Shown here in pieces: positions 15,580 to 24,016 of a stretch of 32,000 nucleotides of DNA (within the stretch, counting starts at the first letter, position 1; the number at the start of each line of letters is the position of its first letter). Below the pieces are notes generated by a model. The model had not been told where the DNA came from and did no database searches. It saw only the letters and a program-made list of their open reading frames with translations. This stretch comes from Longivirga aurantiaca (GTDB lineage Bacteria > Actinomycetota > Actinomycetes > S36-B12 > CAIYMF01): positions 2,085,604 to 2,117,603 of the forward strand of contig NZ_JBHSTI010000008.1 of NCBI RefSeq assembly GCF_042660085.1, written 5' to 3'. The position numbers and the translations under genes are program-made.

Positions 15580-16797
15580 TCAGATCGCGCGGAACGCGAC
15601 CGCGTCGACGACCTCGCGCTCGTAGTCGTCACTGCGTCGGTCGAGCCGCACGAGCGGTCCGCCGATCGTCTTGCGCACCCACAGCGTCGTCGAGGTGCCG
15701 CTGTCGAGGCGGATCGCGGTGACGGCTCCGAGCTGCTTGAGGAGCCCGGCGAACTGGTGCACCGAGACGCCGCCCCACGAGCTGCCGAACTGCTTGCCCG
15801 CGATCGCGACGACGAGCATGTTGCCCTGCGCGTCCCAGGCGATCGCCGAGCGCGGGCGCGGCTGCTCGTCGCGCGAGCTGCACGGCGCGTCGACCGCGCC
15901 GTCGCGCACGATCGCACCGCCGCTGCCCGTCGCGCCGCTCGGCTTGCTGAACGCGGTGGCCGGGTAGCCGGCGTACCGCGTGGTGCCGTTCGCGCCGTAC
16001 CAGAGCGTGGCCGGGTCGCCGACCTTGACCTTGGCGAGGAGCGAGGCGGCGCCGCTGCCGGTGCGCGCGGTGAGGAACTTCTCCCACGTCGCCGGGCGCC
16101 GAGATGCTGCCGTGCCCGTGAGGATCTTGGTGACCTTGGTGCCCGCGACGACCACGACGCGCGAGCCCGCCGGGTGGGCGCGGGTTCCCCAGGCGTTCGT
16201 GTAGACCGCGACGCCCTGGCTCGGCAGCATCTGCCAGTTCACCGAGCCCACCATCGCGCTGCCCGCGCGCGTGCTGAAGCTGCCGGCCAGGTCGAAGGCT
16301 CCACCGGTGATCGTCTTGTTGACCGAGTCGACCGCGATGCCGCCGTACAGGCCGCCGGAGTACGCCTGGCGCACCAGCTTGCGCAAGACGCCCTTCGAGA
16401 TCTGCACGCGGTCCGGGATGCCGGGCACGCTCGGGTCGAACGTGCCGCCGTTGAGGACGACGACGGCGTTGGGGTCGCCCGCGACCATCGTGGAGACCCG
16501 GGCGGCGCGCGCGACGGTCGGCGAGGTCACGACCGTCGGGGTGAGCGACGCCTTCGGGATGCGCACGACGGCGAGGCGGCGGTCGCCCTCGGTGAACGAG
16601 CGCGTGTTGGTGTCCCAGATGCGCACGGTGGCGCCGCCGGGCAGGGAGTACGACGAGACCGGTGCCGAGGCGAGGATCGCCGGCGTCGGCTTGCAGACCA
16701 CGGCGGCGGCCGGGTTGGCGGGCGTGGCCGACAGCAGCGTGACGGACAGCGCGGCGACGCCGAGGGCGGCAGCGGCGGTGCGGGTGCGCGAGCGCAT
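15580..16797 (-). CDS. Secreted phosphodiester glycosidase family protein (NAGPA/DUF2233-like)
   Basis: I chose the start at ATG 16797 (MRSRTRTAAAALGVAALSVTLLSATPANPAAA signal), which is preceded by GAGAAGGA. The C-terminal region RSAIAWDAQGNMLVVAIAGK...GVSVHQFAGLLKQLGAVTAIRLDSGTSTTLWV matches the family pattern (R.aiG....g.lllv.vdG......G.tl.ela.ll..lGa..AlnLDGGGSst). Confidence 0.75.
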   Translation of the reverse strand: MRSRTRTAAAALGVAALSVTLLSATPANPAAAVVCKPTPAILASAPVSSYSLPGGATVRIWDTNTRSFTEGDRRLAVVRIPKASLTPTVVTSPTVARAARVSTMVAGDPNAVVVLNGGTFDPSVPGIPDRVQISKGVLRKLVRQAYSGGLYGGIAVDSVNKTITGGAFDLAGSFSTRAGSAMVGSVNWQMLPSQGVAVYTNAWGTRAHPAGSRVVVVAGTKVTKILTGTAASRRPATWEKFLTARTGSGAASLLAKVKVGDPATLWYGANGTTRYAGYPATAFSKPSGATGSGGAIVRDGAVDAPCSSRDEQPRPRSAIAWDAQGNMLVVAIAGKQFGSSWGGVSVHQFAGLLKQLGAVTAIRLDSGTSTTLWVRKTIGGPLVRLDRRSDDYEREVVDAVAFRAI

Positions 16798-16921
16798 CGA
16801 GGTCCTTCTCGTCGTGACGTGCGGCTGCCCCGGCAGGCGGCCCACCGGCGTTATCGACCCTGGGCGCGGAGGTCTGAAGCGACCGCCACCCGTTCGCCGA
16901 CCACGCCCATGTCAAGAACCT

Positions 16922-16950
16922 TTGACATCACGTACAGCATGCTTTACCTT
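16922..16950 (+). promoter_or_regulatory. Candidate sigma-70-type promoter for the membrane-protein/HTH/oxidoreductase operon
   Basis: TTGACA (16922-16927), a 17-nt spacer and TACCTT (16945-16950) sit in a locally AT-richer region. A second TTGACATC copy lies at 16968, and an inverted TGTCAA and the palindrome agcatgct lie between them. These could be operator sites for the small HTH protein encoded downstream. Confidence 0.35.
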
Positions 16951-16990
16951 CTGCGTGTCAAGCATTCTTGACATCGACGAAGGAGGAGCC

Positions 16991-17431
16991 GTGGGCTTCG
17001 AGGAGCGGAACACCTGGTCGTTCCTGGTGATCAGCGTGGTGTCCTACGCGACGTACGTCGTGCTCGTGCTGCGGTCCGCCGCCGGCGGTCCGCTCGTGGA
17101 CGCGCCGTACCAGCGCTACCTGCTCGGCACGATCGGCTTCGCGATCCTCGCGGCGATCATCTCCAGCATCGCCATCCGGATCGCCATGGCGGTGCGGACC
17201 GGCAAGGAGGACCAGGGCGCCGACCAGCGCGACCGAGAGATCTCGGCGTTCGGCTCGCGCATGGGCCAGTCGTTCATGGTGATCGGCGGCCTCGCCGCGA
17301 TGCTCATGGCCCTCGCCGAGTGGGACTGGTTCTGGATCGCCAACGTGATCTACCTCTGCTTCGCGCTCTCGGGCCTCACCGAGTCCATCGCCCGCATCGC
17401 CGCCTACCGCGGAGGGCTCCCCCAGTGGTGA
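16991..17431 (+). CDS. Small integral membrane protein (146 aa, ~4 TM), partner of the downstream small HTH regulator
   Basis: GTG 16991 directly follows GAAGGAGGAG. The sequence is VGFEERNTWSFLVISVVSYATYVVLVL...LLGTIGFAILAAIISSIAIRIAMAV...FMVIGGLAAMLMALAEWDWFWIANVIYLCFALSGL. The stop overlaps the next start (GTGA). Confidence 0.75.
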   Translation: MGFEERNTWSFLVISVVSYATYVVLVLRSAAGGPLVDAPYQRYLLGTIGFAILAAIISSIAIRIAMAVRTGKEDQGADQRDREISAFGSRMGQSFMVIGGLAAMLMALAEWDWFWIANVIYLCFALSGLTESIARIAAYRGGLPQW

Positions 17432-17658
17432 GGCCCACGCGGGTCACCAACCGCATCCGCGCGCTGCGCTTCGAGCACGGCGAGATGACCCAGGCCGAGC
17501 TCGCGAAGAGCATCGGTGCCACCCGCCAGACCGTCATCGCCATCGAGCAGGGCAAGTACTCCCCCACCCTGGAGATGGCCTTCCAGATCGCAGCCGTCTT
17601 CGGCGTACCTCTCGACGACGTGTTCCAGTACCCCACCAGCTTGGAGAGCACCCCATGA
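17428..17658 (+). CDS. Small XRE-family helix-turn-helix transcriptional regulator (76 aa)
   Basis: The sequence NRIRALRFEHGEMTQAELAKSIGATRQTVIAIEQGKYSPTLEMAFQIAAVFGVPLDDVFQY is the typical short Cro/C1-type regulator found next to small membrane proteins. Its start overlaps the upstream stop (GTGA) and its stop overlaps the downstream start (ATGA). Confidence 0.85.
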   Translation: MRPTRVTNRIRALRFEHGEMTQAELAKSIGATRQTVIAIEQGKYSPTLEMAFQIAAVFGVPLDDVFQYPTSLESTP

Positions 17659-18695
17659 AGGCCTTGACCCAGTCCGCGTACGGCTCGCCCGACACCTTCG
17701 TCGTCCGCGAGCTCCCCGCCCCCAGCGCCGCCGCCGACGAGGTGGTCGTGCGCGTCGAGGCCGTCGGCCTCAACGCCGCCGACTGGCACCTGTTCCGCGG
17801 CAAGCCGTACGCCGCCCGCGCCGCCTTCGGCCTGCGCCGTCCGAAGAATCCCGTCATGGGCTCGGACGTCTCGGGCGTCGTCGTGCAGGTCGGGTCCGAC
17901 GTCACGACGTTCGCCGTCGGCGACGAGGTGATGGTCGAGGCTCAGCGCGGCGGCCTCGCCGAGCTCGTCGCGGTGAAGGCGACGCACGTGGCGCGCAAGC
18001 CGGCGTCGTTCACCTTCCTCGAGGCGGCCACGCTGCCGCTCGCCGGCGGCACCGCGCTGCAGGCGCTGCGCGACCACGGCAAGGTCCGGGCCGGAGAGAG
18101 CGTTCTCGTGATCGGCGCGTCCGGCGGCGTCGGCACCTGGGCGGTGCAGATCGCGGTCGCGCTCGGCGCCGAGGTGACCGGTGTGTGCAGCACCCGCAAC
18201 GTCGACCTCGTCCGCTCGCTCGGTGCCGCGCACGTCGTGGACTACACCGCGACCGACGTGCTCGCGGCGGGCACGACGTACGACGTGGTGATCGACATGA
18301 TCGGCGACGTCCCCCTGCGCGAGTGCCGCCGCCTGCTCTCCCCCGGCGGCCGCTACGTGATGGTCGGCGGTGGCGAGGGCGGCCGGATCCTCGGCCCGGT
18401 GTTCGGTCCGATGGGCCGCACGTTCGGCACGTTCGTGCTCGGCCGGGGCGGCGAGAAGCGCTCGCTCAACGCGGCGATCGCCAAGCGCGACGGTGCCGAC
18501 GTCGAGGTGCTGCGCGAGATGGCCGACGCCGGATCGCTGAAGCCCTCGATCGAGAAGGTGTACGCGTTCGACGACGCCCGCGAGGCGCTCGCGCAGATCG
18601 AGACCGGCCGCGTCGCCGGCAAGCTCGCGATCGCCGTGGGGTCGTACGCCGCCGAGCAGCACGCCACTGCCGGCGACGAGGCGTCCACCACCTGA
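17655..18695 (+). CDS. Zinc-type alcohol dehydrogenase / NADPH:quinone oxidoreductase family (MDR superfamily) protein
   Basis: The protein has the GroES-like N-terminus (EVVVRVEAVGLNAADWHLFRGKP...VMGSDVSGVVVQVGSDVTTFAVGDEV) and the Rossmann motif VLVIGASGGVGTWAVQIA. Confidence 0.9.
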   Translation: MKALTQSAYGSPDTFVVRELPAPSAAADEVVVRVEAVGLNAADWHLFRGKPYAARAAFGLRRPKNPVMGSDVSGVVVQVGSDVTTFAVGDEVMVEAQRGGLAELVAVKATHVARKPASFTFLEAATLPLAGGTALQALRDHGKVRAGESVLVIGASGGVGTWAVQIAVALGAEVTGVCSTRNVDLVRSLGAAHVVDYTATDVLAAGTTYDVVIDMIGDVPLRECRRLLSPGGRYVMVGGGEGGRILGPVFGPMGRTFGTFVLGRGGEKRSLNAAIAKRDGADVEVLREMADAGSLKPSIEKVYAFDDAREALAQIETGRVAGKLAIAVGSYAAEQHATAGDEASTT

Positions 18696-18943
18696 CCTCG
18701 TCGACCTGCCCGGCGCTCCAGGTCGCACATGCGCCACCGCGAGCAGGGCAGCCCCTCACTGCGGCGGGACACGCGGCAGGCAGAGGTGGACCATGGAACC
18801 GTGCGGGCCTCGACCCGTCGGGGCTGGCGTGTCTGCGCGCCGGACGGCCTTCCCACCGTCCACGACGGCAGGTGCGCCGTCGCACCGTCGACCGGACCGA
18901 CGGCCGCAGGCACACGGCGGGCGAGGAGAGAGGTGGGTGCGCC

Positions 18944-19390
18944 ATGACGACGATCTCCGAATCCACGCAGCTGCTTCCCACCGGGGAGACACGGCGGCAG
19001 GTCGCGCGCGAGTACGGGCTTCGCGTGCTGCTCCCCGGCCTCGGCGCCCTGCTGCTGGTCCCCATGTTCGGCCCGGTCAGCGTGGTGCTCGACTGGATCG
19101 TGTACTCGATCCTGTGGGACACCTACGGGCTGGCGAAGACGGTCTCGAACTGGGTCATGCTCGCCGACCTCGTCGTCGGCGGCGCCCTCGCGATATACGC
19201 GCTCGTCAGCACGGTCCGGCTCGGACGAGTGCATCGCGGCGACCGGCTTCATCACGCGGACAACCGCGCTGGCGCCTGGCACGTCGGATCCGTCGTGCTG
19301 CTCGTGGTGCTGATGCTTGTCCCGGTCGCGCTCGTGCTGCTCGCCTTCGCACTCGCGATGACGTTCAGCATGATGAACTCAGGCCTGTGA
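18944..19390 (+). CDS. Hypothetical integral membrane protein (148 aa)
   Basis: ATG 18944 follows GAGGAGAGAGG. There are three or four hydrophobic segments (LLPGLGALLLVPMFGPVSVVLDWIVYSILW; VMLADLVVGGALAIYALV; VVLLVVLMLVPVALVLLAFALAM) and good GC3. Confidence 0.7.
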   Translation: MTTISESTQLLPTGETRRQVAREYGLRVLLPGLGALLLVPMFGPVSVVLDWIVYSILWDTYGLAKTVSNWVMLADLVVGGALAIYALVSTVRLGRVHRGDRLHHADNRAGAWHVGSVVLLVVLMLVPVALVLLAFALAMTFSMMNSGL

Positions 19391-19465
19391 AGCCGCGGCT
19401 GCGAGCGCCGCGCGTCGGTTCCCGTCGGTCTTGCTGAAGGCGAGCGCGAACGGCACGTCAGAGCG

Positions 19466-19517
19466 CGATTTGGTAGTGGAAAGTCGGGGCAGAGCGCGAG
19501 ATTCCACTACCAAATCG
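19466..19517. repeat. 52-bp hairpin module, copy A (16-bp perfect stem, 20-nt loop)
   Basis: CGATTTGGTAGTGGAA (19466-19481) is the exact reverse complement of TTCCACTACCAAATCG (19502-19517). The loop is AGTCGGGGCAGAGCGCGAGA. Confidence 0.95.
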
Positions 19518-19654
19518 GCCATCCGCGGCGACGCCGACTGCCGGTTGCTTCTCGCGGTGTCGCCCGTGCCCGGACATGGCACAGGGACCGCTCCCTGTCG
19601 GGTGGTGCGGTCTGCCTGCGGTGCTGATCGATCCCGAGTGCGGCCTGCCCTTCC

Positions 19655-21150
19655 TCAGGGCCGGGTTCGGACGGGGACGGGGTCGGGTGGGTCGACGGTG
19701 AGCCAGGTCGGGCATCCCGGGTCGATGCCGGGGTTCTTCACGATGGTCCAGCCGCCCTCGTGCACCGCGTGGTGGTGCTTCGCGCACAGGAGCGTGAGGT
19801 TGTCGAGGTCGGTCGCGCCGCCGTGCTCCCACTCGGTGATGTGGTGGGCCTCGCACCACCCGACCGCGATCCGGCAGCCCGGGAACGCGCAGTGCCGGTC
19901 CCGCAGGTCCAGCGCCCGACGCAGGCGGGGTGGGACGGTGCGGTAGCGGCGGCCCTCGTCCCAGACGTGGTGCCGACGGCGCAGCAGCCGCGCCGAGCCG
20001 GGGTGCAGCTCGCAGCCGGCGATCGGGTGCAGCAGCCCGAGCCCGTGCTGGGCCTGGGTGTGCGCCGACCGATACGCAGCGCCGTGGCAGGGGATGCCGT
20101 CGTGGTGGTGGGCGTGCCGGTCGGGGACGGACCCGATGACGCCGATCTCGGTCACCGACGCGTCGCACAGCATCCGCTTCACCGTCTCGGCGTTGACCAG
20201 CACCGGGGACGACATCCCGGGGACGGTCATCTCGCCGGGGAACCCGGCGTCGAGGTCGTCGACCGTGGTCGCGATGGTGACGTGGGGTCGGACGCCGTGG
20301 GCGCGGCCGACCATGCCGTTGGTCAGCCACAGCTGCACGAGGTGGTTCAGCGACAGGGCGTCCTGGTGCGCGGCGGCGATCCGGCGCCGCCGCTCGTCGA
20401 CCGCGGCGTCGCCGGTGGGCTGCTCGTCCGGGGTGAGGGATCCCGATCGGTACTTCGCGTCGCGCATCCGATCGAGCAGCACCTTGAGCGCCGCGCCGTC
20501 CTCCAGGGTGAGGGCGCCCTTGATCACGAACTGGTCCCCGACCTGGGTGACGGTGAGGAACTGGCCGGCCATGGCTTCTTCCTCGCGGCGGGCCGCGGCC
20601 TCCGGGTCCAGGATCTCCTTGAGCACGGCGGCGGCGCCCGCGACCTCCTCCACCGAGCCCTGCTCGGCGATGGGGAGGAGGTAGTCCTCGCAGAACGCCC
20701 GCCACTGCACCCGGTCGTCGGCGGTCCTGTCCGCGATCGCCGCCTCGCTGCCGCGCACCAGGGCAGCCGCCAGGTCGGGGGTGACCCGGCCCGCGACCAG
20801 CGCGACCCGGGTCGCGGCATAGGACCGCAGCGTGCGGGCGCCGGAGACCACGCTGCTGGCCCTGCCCGGGGCCATGCCGGTGCGCTGGGTCAGGAACGCC
20901 GTCGTCGACCCGAACCCCGCCGACGCCAGCACCCCCGACGCGTCCAGGCGATCGACCGCGACGGTCCCCAGGGCGTGGGCGGCGTCCCGGACCGCGAACA
21001 GCTCCGCCGTCAGCTGGGCAGACCCGCCAGCTGCACCTCAGACACGGCACCCGAACCGGCCAGCACCGACGCCTCGGCAAGCAGGCCCCGCGCACCCGCG
21101 ACCAGGCGCGCGAACTCCACCGCCGGATCGACGAAGGTGGCCTGGGACAT
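19655..21150 (-). pseudogene. DUF222 domain / HNH endonuclease (13E12-repeat family type), apparently frameshifted near 21010-21030
   Basis: The C-terminal HNH motif is HCAFPGCRIAVGWCEAHHITEWEHGGATDLDNLTLLCAKHHHAVHEGGW. The body is typical DUF222 (…AFLTQRTGMAPGRA…ARTL…AEQGSVEE…). The track ORF 19655-20932 lacks the usual N-terminus. A 46-aa ORF from ATG 21150 (MSQATFVDPAVEFARLVAGARGLLAEASVLAGSGAVSEVQLAGLPS*) stops at 21010. The main frame is already open there (...SAQLTAELFAVRDAAHALGTVAVDRLDASGV...). This is consistent with a 1-nt indel or an assembly error. Confidence 0.8.
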
Positions 21151-21236
21151 GACCCCATCATGCCGACCACCTCCGACAATGCACCGACCACCGACAGGCG
21201 ATATCCACAGCAACCACAGGCGAATCCGGCCGCACC

Positions 21237-21290
21237 CCGACTTGGTAGTGGGAACTCGCGCCCTGCCGCGACTTCCCACTACCAAGTCGG
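21237..21290. repeat. 52-bp hairpin module, copy B (18-bp perfect stem, 18-nt loop), inverted relative to copy A
   Basis: CCGACTTGGTAGTGGGAA (21237-21254) is the exact reverse complement of TTCCCACTACCAAGTCGG (21273-21290). The loop CTCGCGCCCTGCCGCGAC is the reverse complement of a sequence that is 16/18 identical to the loop core of copy A. Confidence 0.95.
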
Positions 21291-21407
21291 CGGGGCCATG
21301 CCTCAGCACTCGCCCTTGATGACGAAGTAGCTGCCGCGGATCGTGCCGGCGAGCTTGGACTTCCGATCGGCACGAACGACGACGCCCTCGACGTCTAGCG
21401 TGGCGGG

Positions 21408-21836
21408 ATGGCAGCCCGCACCCCGTCGCCCTCGCCCTCGCTCGATCTCGTGACCCTGCTCGTCGACGACTACGACCGGGCGATCGCATGGTTCACCGAC
21501 GTCCTCGGCTTCGAGCTGGCGGAGGACTCGCCGTCGCTCACGAACGACGGCCGCCCCAAGCGTTGGGTGGTCGTCCGCCCCTCCCCGGAGGCCACCGGGT
21601 TCCTTCTCGCCGTCGCCGATACCGAGCAGAAGCGCACGGCGCTCGGAAACCAGACCGGCGGCCGCGTCGGCTTCTTCCTGCGCGTACCTGCCTTCGAGGC
21701 CTCCCTCGCGCGGCTGCGTGCGGCGGGTACGCCGGTCCTCGGCGAACCGCGCCGTGAGGAGTACGGCCAGGTGGTGGTCGTCGTCGACCCGTTCGGCAAC
21801 CGGTGGGACCTCGTGGGGCCGCGCAGCAACCGCTGA
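21408..21836 (+). CDS. VOC (glyoxalase/bleomycin-resistance/dioxygenase) family protein
   Basis: This 142-aa protein reads LDLVTLLVDDYDRAIAWFTDVLGFELAEDS...RWVVVRP......LLAVAD...GRVGFFLRV.DFEA...L...G......P.....G.V.V..DP.GN.W.L, the typical paired beta-alpha-beta-beta-beta VOC pattern. Confidence 0.85.
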   Translation: MAARTPSPSPSLDLVTLLVDDYDRAIAWFTDVLGFELAEDSPSLTNDGRPKRWVVVRPSPEATGFLLAVADTEQKRTALGNQTGGRVGFFLRVPAFEASLARLRAAGTPVLGEPRREEYGQVVVVVDPFGNRWDLVGPRSNR

Positions 21837-21950
21837 CCGGACAGCAGACGGCGGGTTTGGCGGAACAGGGTTGGCTAACCTATTCTTGCGGTCTGCTCGC
21901 GCTCAGACGGATGTTCTTCCTGTCTGAGCGCCTGATGACCGGAGGATCTG

Positions 21951-23285
21951 TTGACCACGACGTACGCCGCCCCCGCCTCGGCCCTGGCCACGAGCGCTGC
22001 CTGGCTCTCGCTGAAGGCTGCGGTGGAGGACCTCCGCGCGAAGCAGGCCGCCGACGGCTCGATCCCCGATGCCGGCGCGCACGCGTGCGCCGCGCACCTG
22101 GTCGAGGCGGTCGTGGCCGGCGTCGAGACGCTCTCCCCCGAGCTGCCGCACGACAAGGCGTACCACGTGGCGCTCGTCGACGACCTCCGTCGCTGGGCCG
22201 CCGAGGGCTTCGGCACGCCGGACTTCCTCGACTCGCTGGTCGCGTTCGACTCGATGGCCCAGCGCGCCGACGGCCTCGAGCACCTCGTGCTCTTCCCGAT
22301 GCTCACCCAGAACGGCAGCACCGAGCGCAAGCTCGAGGCCGTGCTGCTCAGCGTCTTCTGGCCCGAGTGGGTCGCGCGCATCGAGGCCGAGCAGTACCGC
22401 AACGACAAGTTCGTCCCCGTGACGTTCACCGACTTCACGGCTGGCTACGACACCCACAGCGCCGTGCTCTTCCCCGAGACGGTCGCCGTCCGCGAGGTGC
22501 CGTCGTTCGAGTGGGGCGCGATCTTCTGCGACCGCGAGGCCGCCCGCTTCCGCCGCGTCATCGGTGCCGCCGTCGAGACGCTGCGTATCGAGCTGCCCGC
22601 CGACGCCGCTCCCCTGTTCACCGACCAGCGCGTCGCGCAGGAGACCTTCGTCCTCTGGGACCTCGTGCACGACCGCGCCCACATGCGCGGCGACCTGCCG
22701 TTCGACCCGTTCCTGGTCAAGCAGCGCCTCCCCTACTGGCTGTATGCGATCGAGGAGCTGCGCTGCGACCTCACCGCCTTCCGCGCTGCGGTCGCGCTCG
22801 AGAAGCAGGGCGTCGAGGGTGCGCGGCGCGTGCAGTACGCCGTGATCCTCGACCGCTGCCTGCGCTTCCCCGTGAGCGGCACGCGCAACCGCAACTACGA
22901 CAGCGTCGGCGGCCAGCTGCTCTTCGCGGCACTGCGCCGCGAGGGTGCGCTCTCGTGGTCCGACGCCACGCTCACCATCGACTGGGACCGCGTCGCGGTC
23001 GTCGCCGAGGCGCTGCTCGCGCGCATCGAGGACCTCTACCGCACGAGCATCGACCGCAACAAGGCGAGCCACTGGCAGGCGACGTACGACCTCGTCAGCG
23101 AGTACGTCGAGCCGCACGTCGCCTCCACCTGGCAGCACGGGCTTGCCGCGATGGGCCCGCAGGCGACCACGAAGGAGTACAACGACTCCGTGCTCCCCGA
23201 CGAGTTCCCCCTCAGCATGTTCTTCGAGATCCTCGCCAAGAAGGTCTCCCCCGTGGTCGAGTCCGCACGCGGGATCCGCGCATGA
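21951..23285 (+). CDS. Conserved hypothetical protein (444 aa), first gene of a 3-gene translationally coupled operon; resembles actinobacterial DUF6421-type proteins (from memory, unverified)
   Basis: TTG 21951 lies 4 nt after GGAGGA. GC3 is high throughout. There is no signal peptide or TM segment. It carries a His/Asp-rich candidate metal motif WDLVHDRAHMRGDLPFDPF and an IEELRCD segment. Confidence 0.75.
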   Translation: MTTTYAAPASALATSAAWLSLKAAVEDLRAKQAADGSIPDAGAHACAAHLVEAVVAGVETLSPELPHDKAYHVALVDDLRRWAAEGFGTPDFLDSLVAFDSMAQRADGLEHLVLFPMLTQNGSTERKLEAVLLSVFWPEWVARIEAEQYRNDKFVPVTFTDFTAGYDTHSAVLFPETVAVREVPSFEWGAIFCDREAARFRRVIGAAVETLRIELPADAAPLFTDQRVAQETFVLWDLVHDRAHMRGDLPFDPFLVKQRLPYWLYAIEELRCDLTAFRAAVALEKQGVEGARRVQYAVILDRCLRFPVSGTRNRNYDSVGGQLLFAALRREGALSWSDATLTIDWDRVAVVAEALLARIEDLYRTSIDRNKASHWQATYDLVSEYVEPHVASTWQHGLAAMGPQATTKEYNDSVLPDEFPLSMFFEILAKKVSPVVESARGIRA

Positions 23286-24016
23286 GCGCCCTGGGCGCGG
23301 GCTCGCTCGTCGTCGTCACCGGCGCGGGCGGCCCCGCGGGTACGGCGATGGTGCGGGCACTGATCGAGACCGGAGCCCACGTGGCAGCGGCCGACCGCAC
23401 GCAGAGCAAGCTCGACGCCCTCGGTGCCTCGCTCGGCGACGGCGCCGCACGCTTCCGCGGCACGGCCGTCGACCTCCTCGACTCCGCTGCCGTGCGGGCC
23501 TGGGCCGACGCGGCAGCGGCCTCGCACCCGAGCGGCGCGCCGCGCGTCGACGGCGTCATCCACCTCGTGGGCGGATGGCGCGGCGGCAAGGGCTTCCTCG
23601 ACAACACCGTCGCCGACTCCGAGCTCATGCTCGACCTGCTCGTGCGCACGCTGCAGCACGTGTCGCTGGCCTACCACGACCACCTCGTCGCCTCGCCCCG
23701 CAGCGAGTTCGTGATCGTGTCGGCCGCCGCAGCCGAGAAGCCCACCGCGGGCAACGCCGCCTACGCCGCCGCGAAGTCGGCAGCCGAGGCATGGACCGCC
23801 GCGCTCGCCGACTCGTTCGGGAAGCTCGCGCCCGAGAGCGCCGCCGCGACCACGCTGGTGGTCAAGGCCCTCGTGCACGACGAGATGCGTGCCGCCGACC
23901 CCAGCAAGACGTTCCCCGGCTACACCGACGTGGCCGACCTCGCCGCCGAGACGGTGGCGCTCTGGTCCCTGCCCGCGGCAGAGGCCAACGGACTCCGGAA
24001 GGTGCTCGTCCCGTGA
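23282..24016 (+). CDS. Short-chain dehydrogenase/reductase (SDR) family oxidoreductase
   Basis: The motifs are the Rossmann VVVTGAGGPAGTAMVRAL (TGxxGxxG) and the catalytic YAAAKSA (YxxxK). The ATG overlaps the upstream stop (ATGA). Confidence 0.85.
   Translation: MSALGAGSLVVVTGAGGPAGTAMVRALIETGAHVAAADRTQSKLDALGASLGDGAARFRGTAVDLLDSAAVRAWADAAAASHPSGAPRVDGVIHLVGGWRGGKGFLDNTVADSELMLDLLVRTLQHVSLAYHDHLVASPRSEFVIVSAAAAEKPTAGNAAYAAAKSAAEAWTAALADSFGKLAPESAAATTLVVKALVHDEMRAADPSKTFPGYTDVADLAAETVALWSLPAAEANGLRKVLVP

Larger units (their letters stand above)
19466..21290. mobile_element. Candidate compact mobile or selfish element: DUF222/HNH (REP13E12-type) gene bounded by inverted copies of a 52-bp hairpin module
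   Basis: The two hairpin modules are 45/52 identical when copy B is reverse-complemented, so they form terminal inverted repeats about 1.8 kb apart. The only gene between them is the DUF222-HNH ORF. I found no target-site duplication, so the mobility call is inferential. Confidence 0.5.

Noticed and set aside
18729-18947. A 72-aa + strand ORF whose stop overlaps the start of the membrane protein gene (ATGA) in the 250-bp gap after the oxidoreductase.
   Set aside because: GC3 is fairly high and the ATGA junction is suggestive. However, the translation is Arg-rich and low-complexity (MRHREQGSPSLRRDTRQAEV...), the RBS is weak and I recognise no motif. I left it unannotated. Ribo-seq could revive it.
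21303-21407. A coding-looking minus-strand tail (…LDVEGVVVRADRKSKLAGTIRGSYFVIKGEC*) between hairpin copy B and the VOC gene. A similar tail at 19379-19465 (…DVPFALAFSKTDGNRRAALAAAASQA*) lies next to copy A.
   Set aside because: Third-position GC is high, but the 21303-21407 frame has no ATG/GTG/TTG start before it runs antisense into the VOC gene. The 19379-19465 tail is only part of a shadow-like ORF. They may be relics of a gene disrupted by the HNH element, but I cannot join them into one reading frame.
21837-21950. A glycine or amino-acid riboswitch upstream of the threonine-aldolase operon.
   Set aside because: Only a 9-bp inverted repeat and alternative 5-bp pairings are present. No recognised riboswitch consensus is there. 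I kept it as a possible operator within the operon finding.
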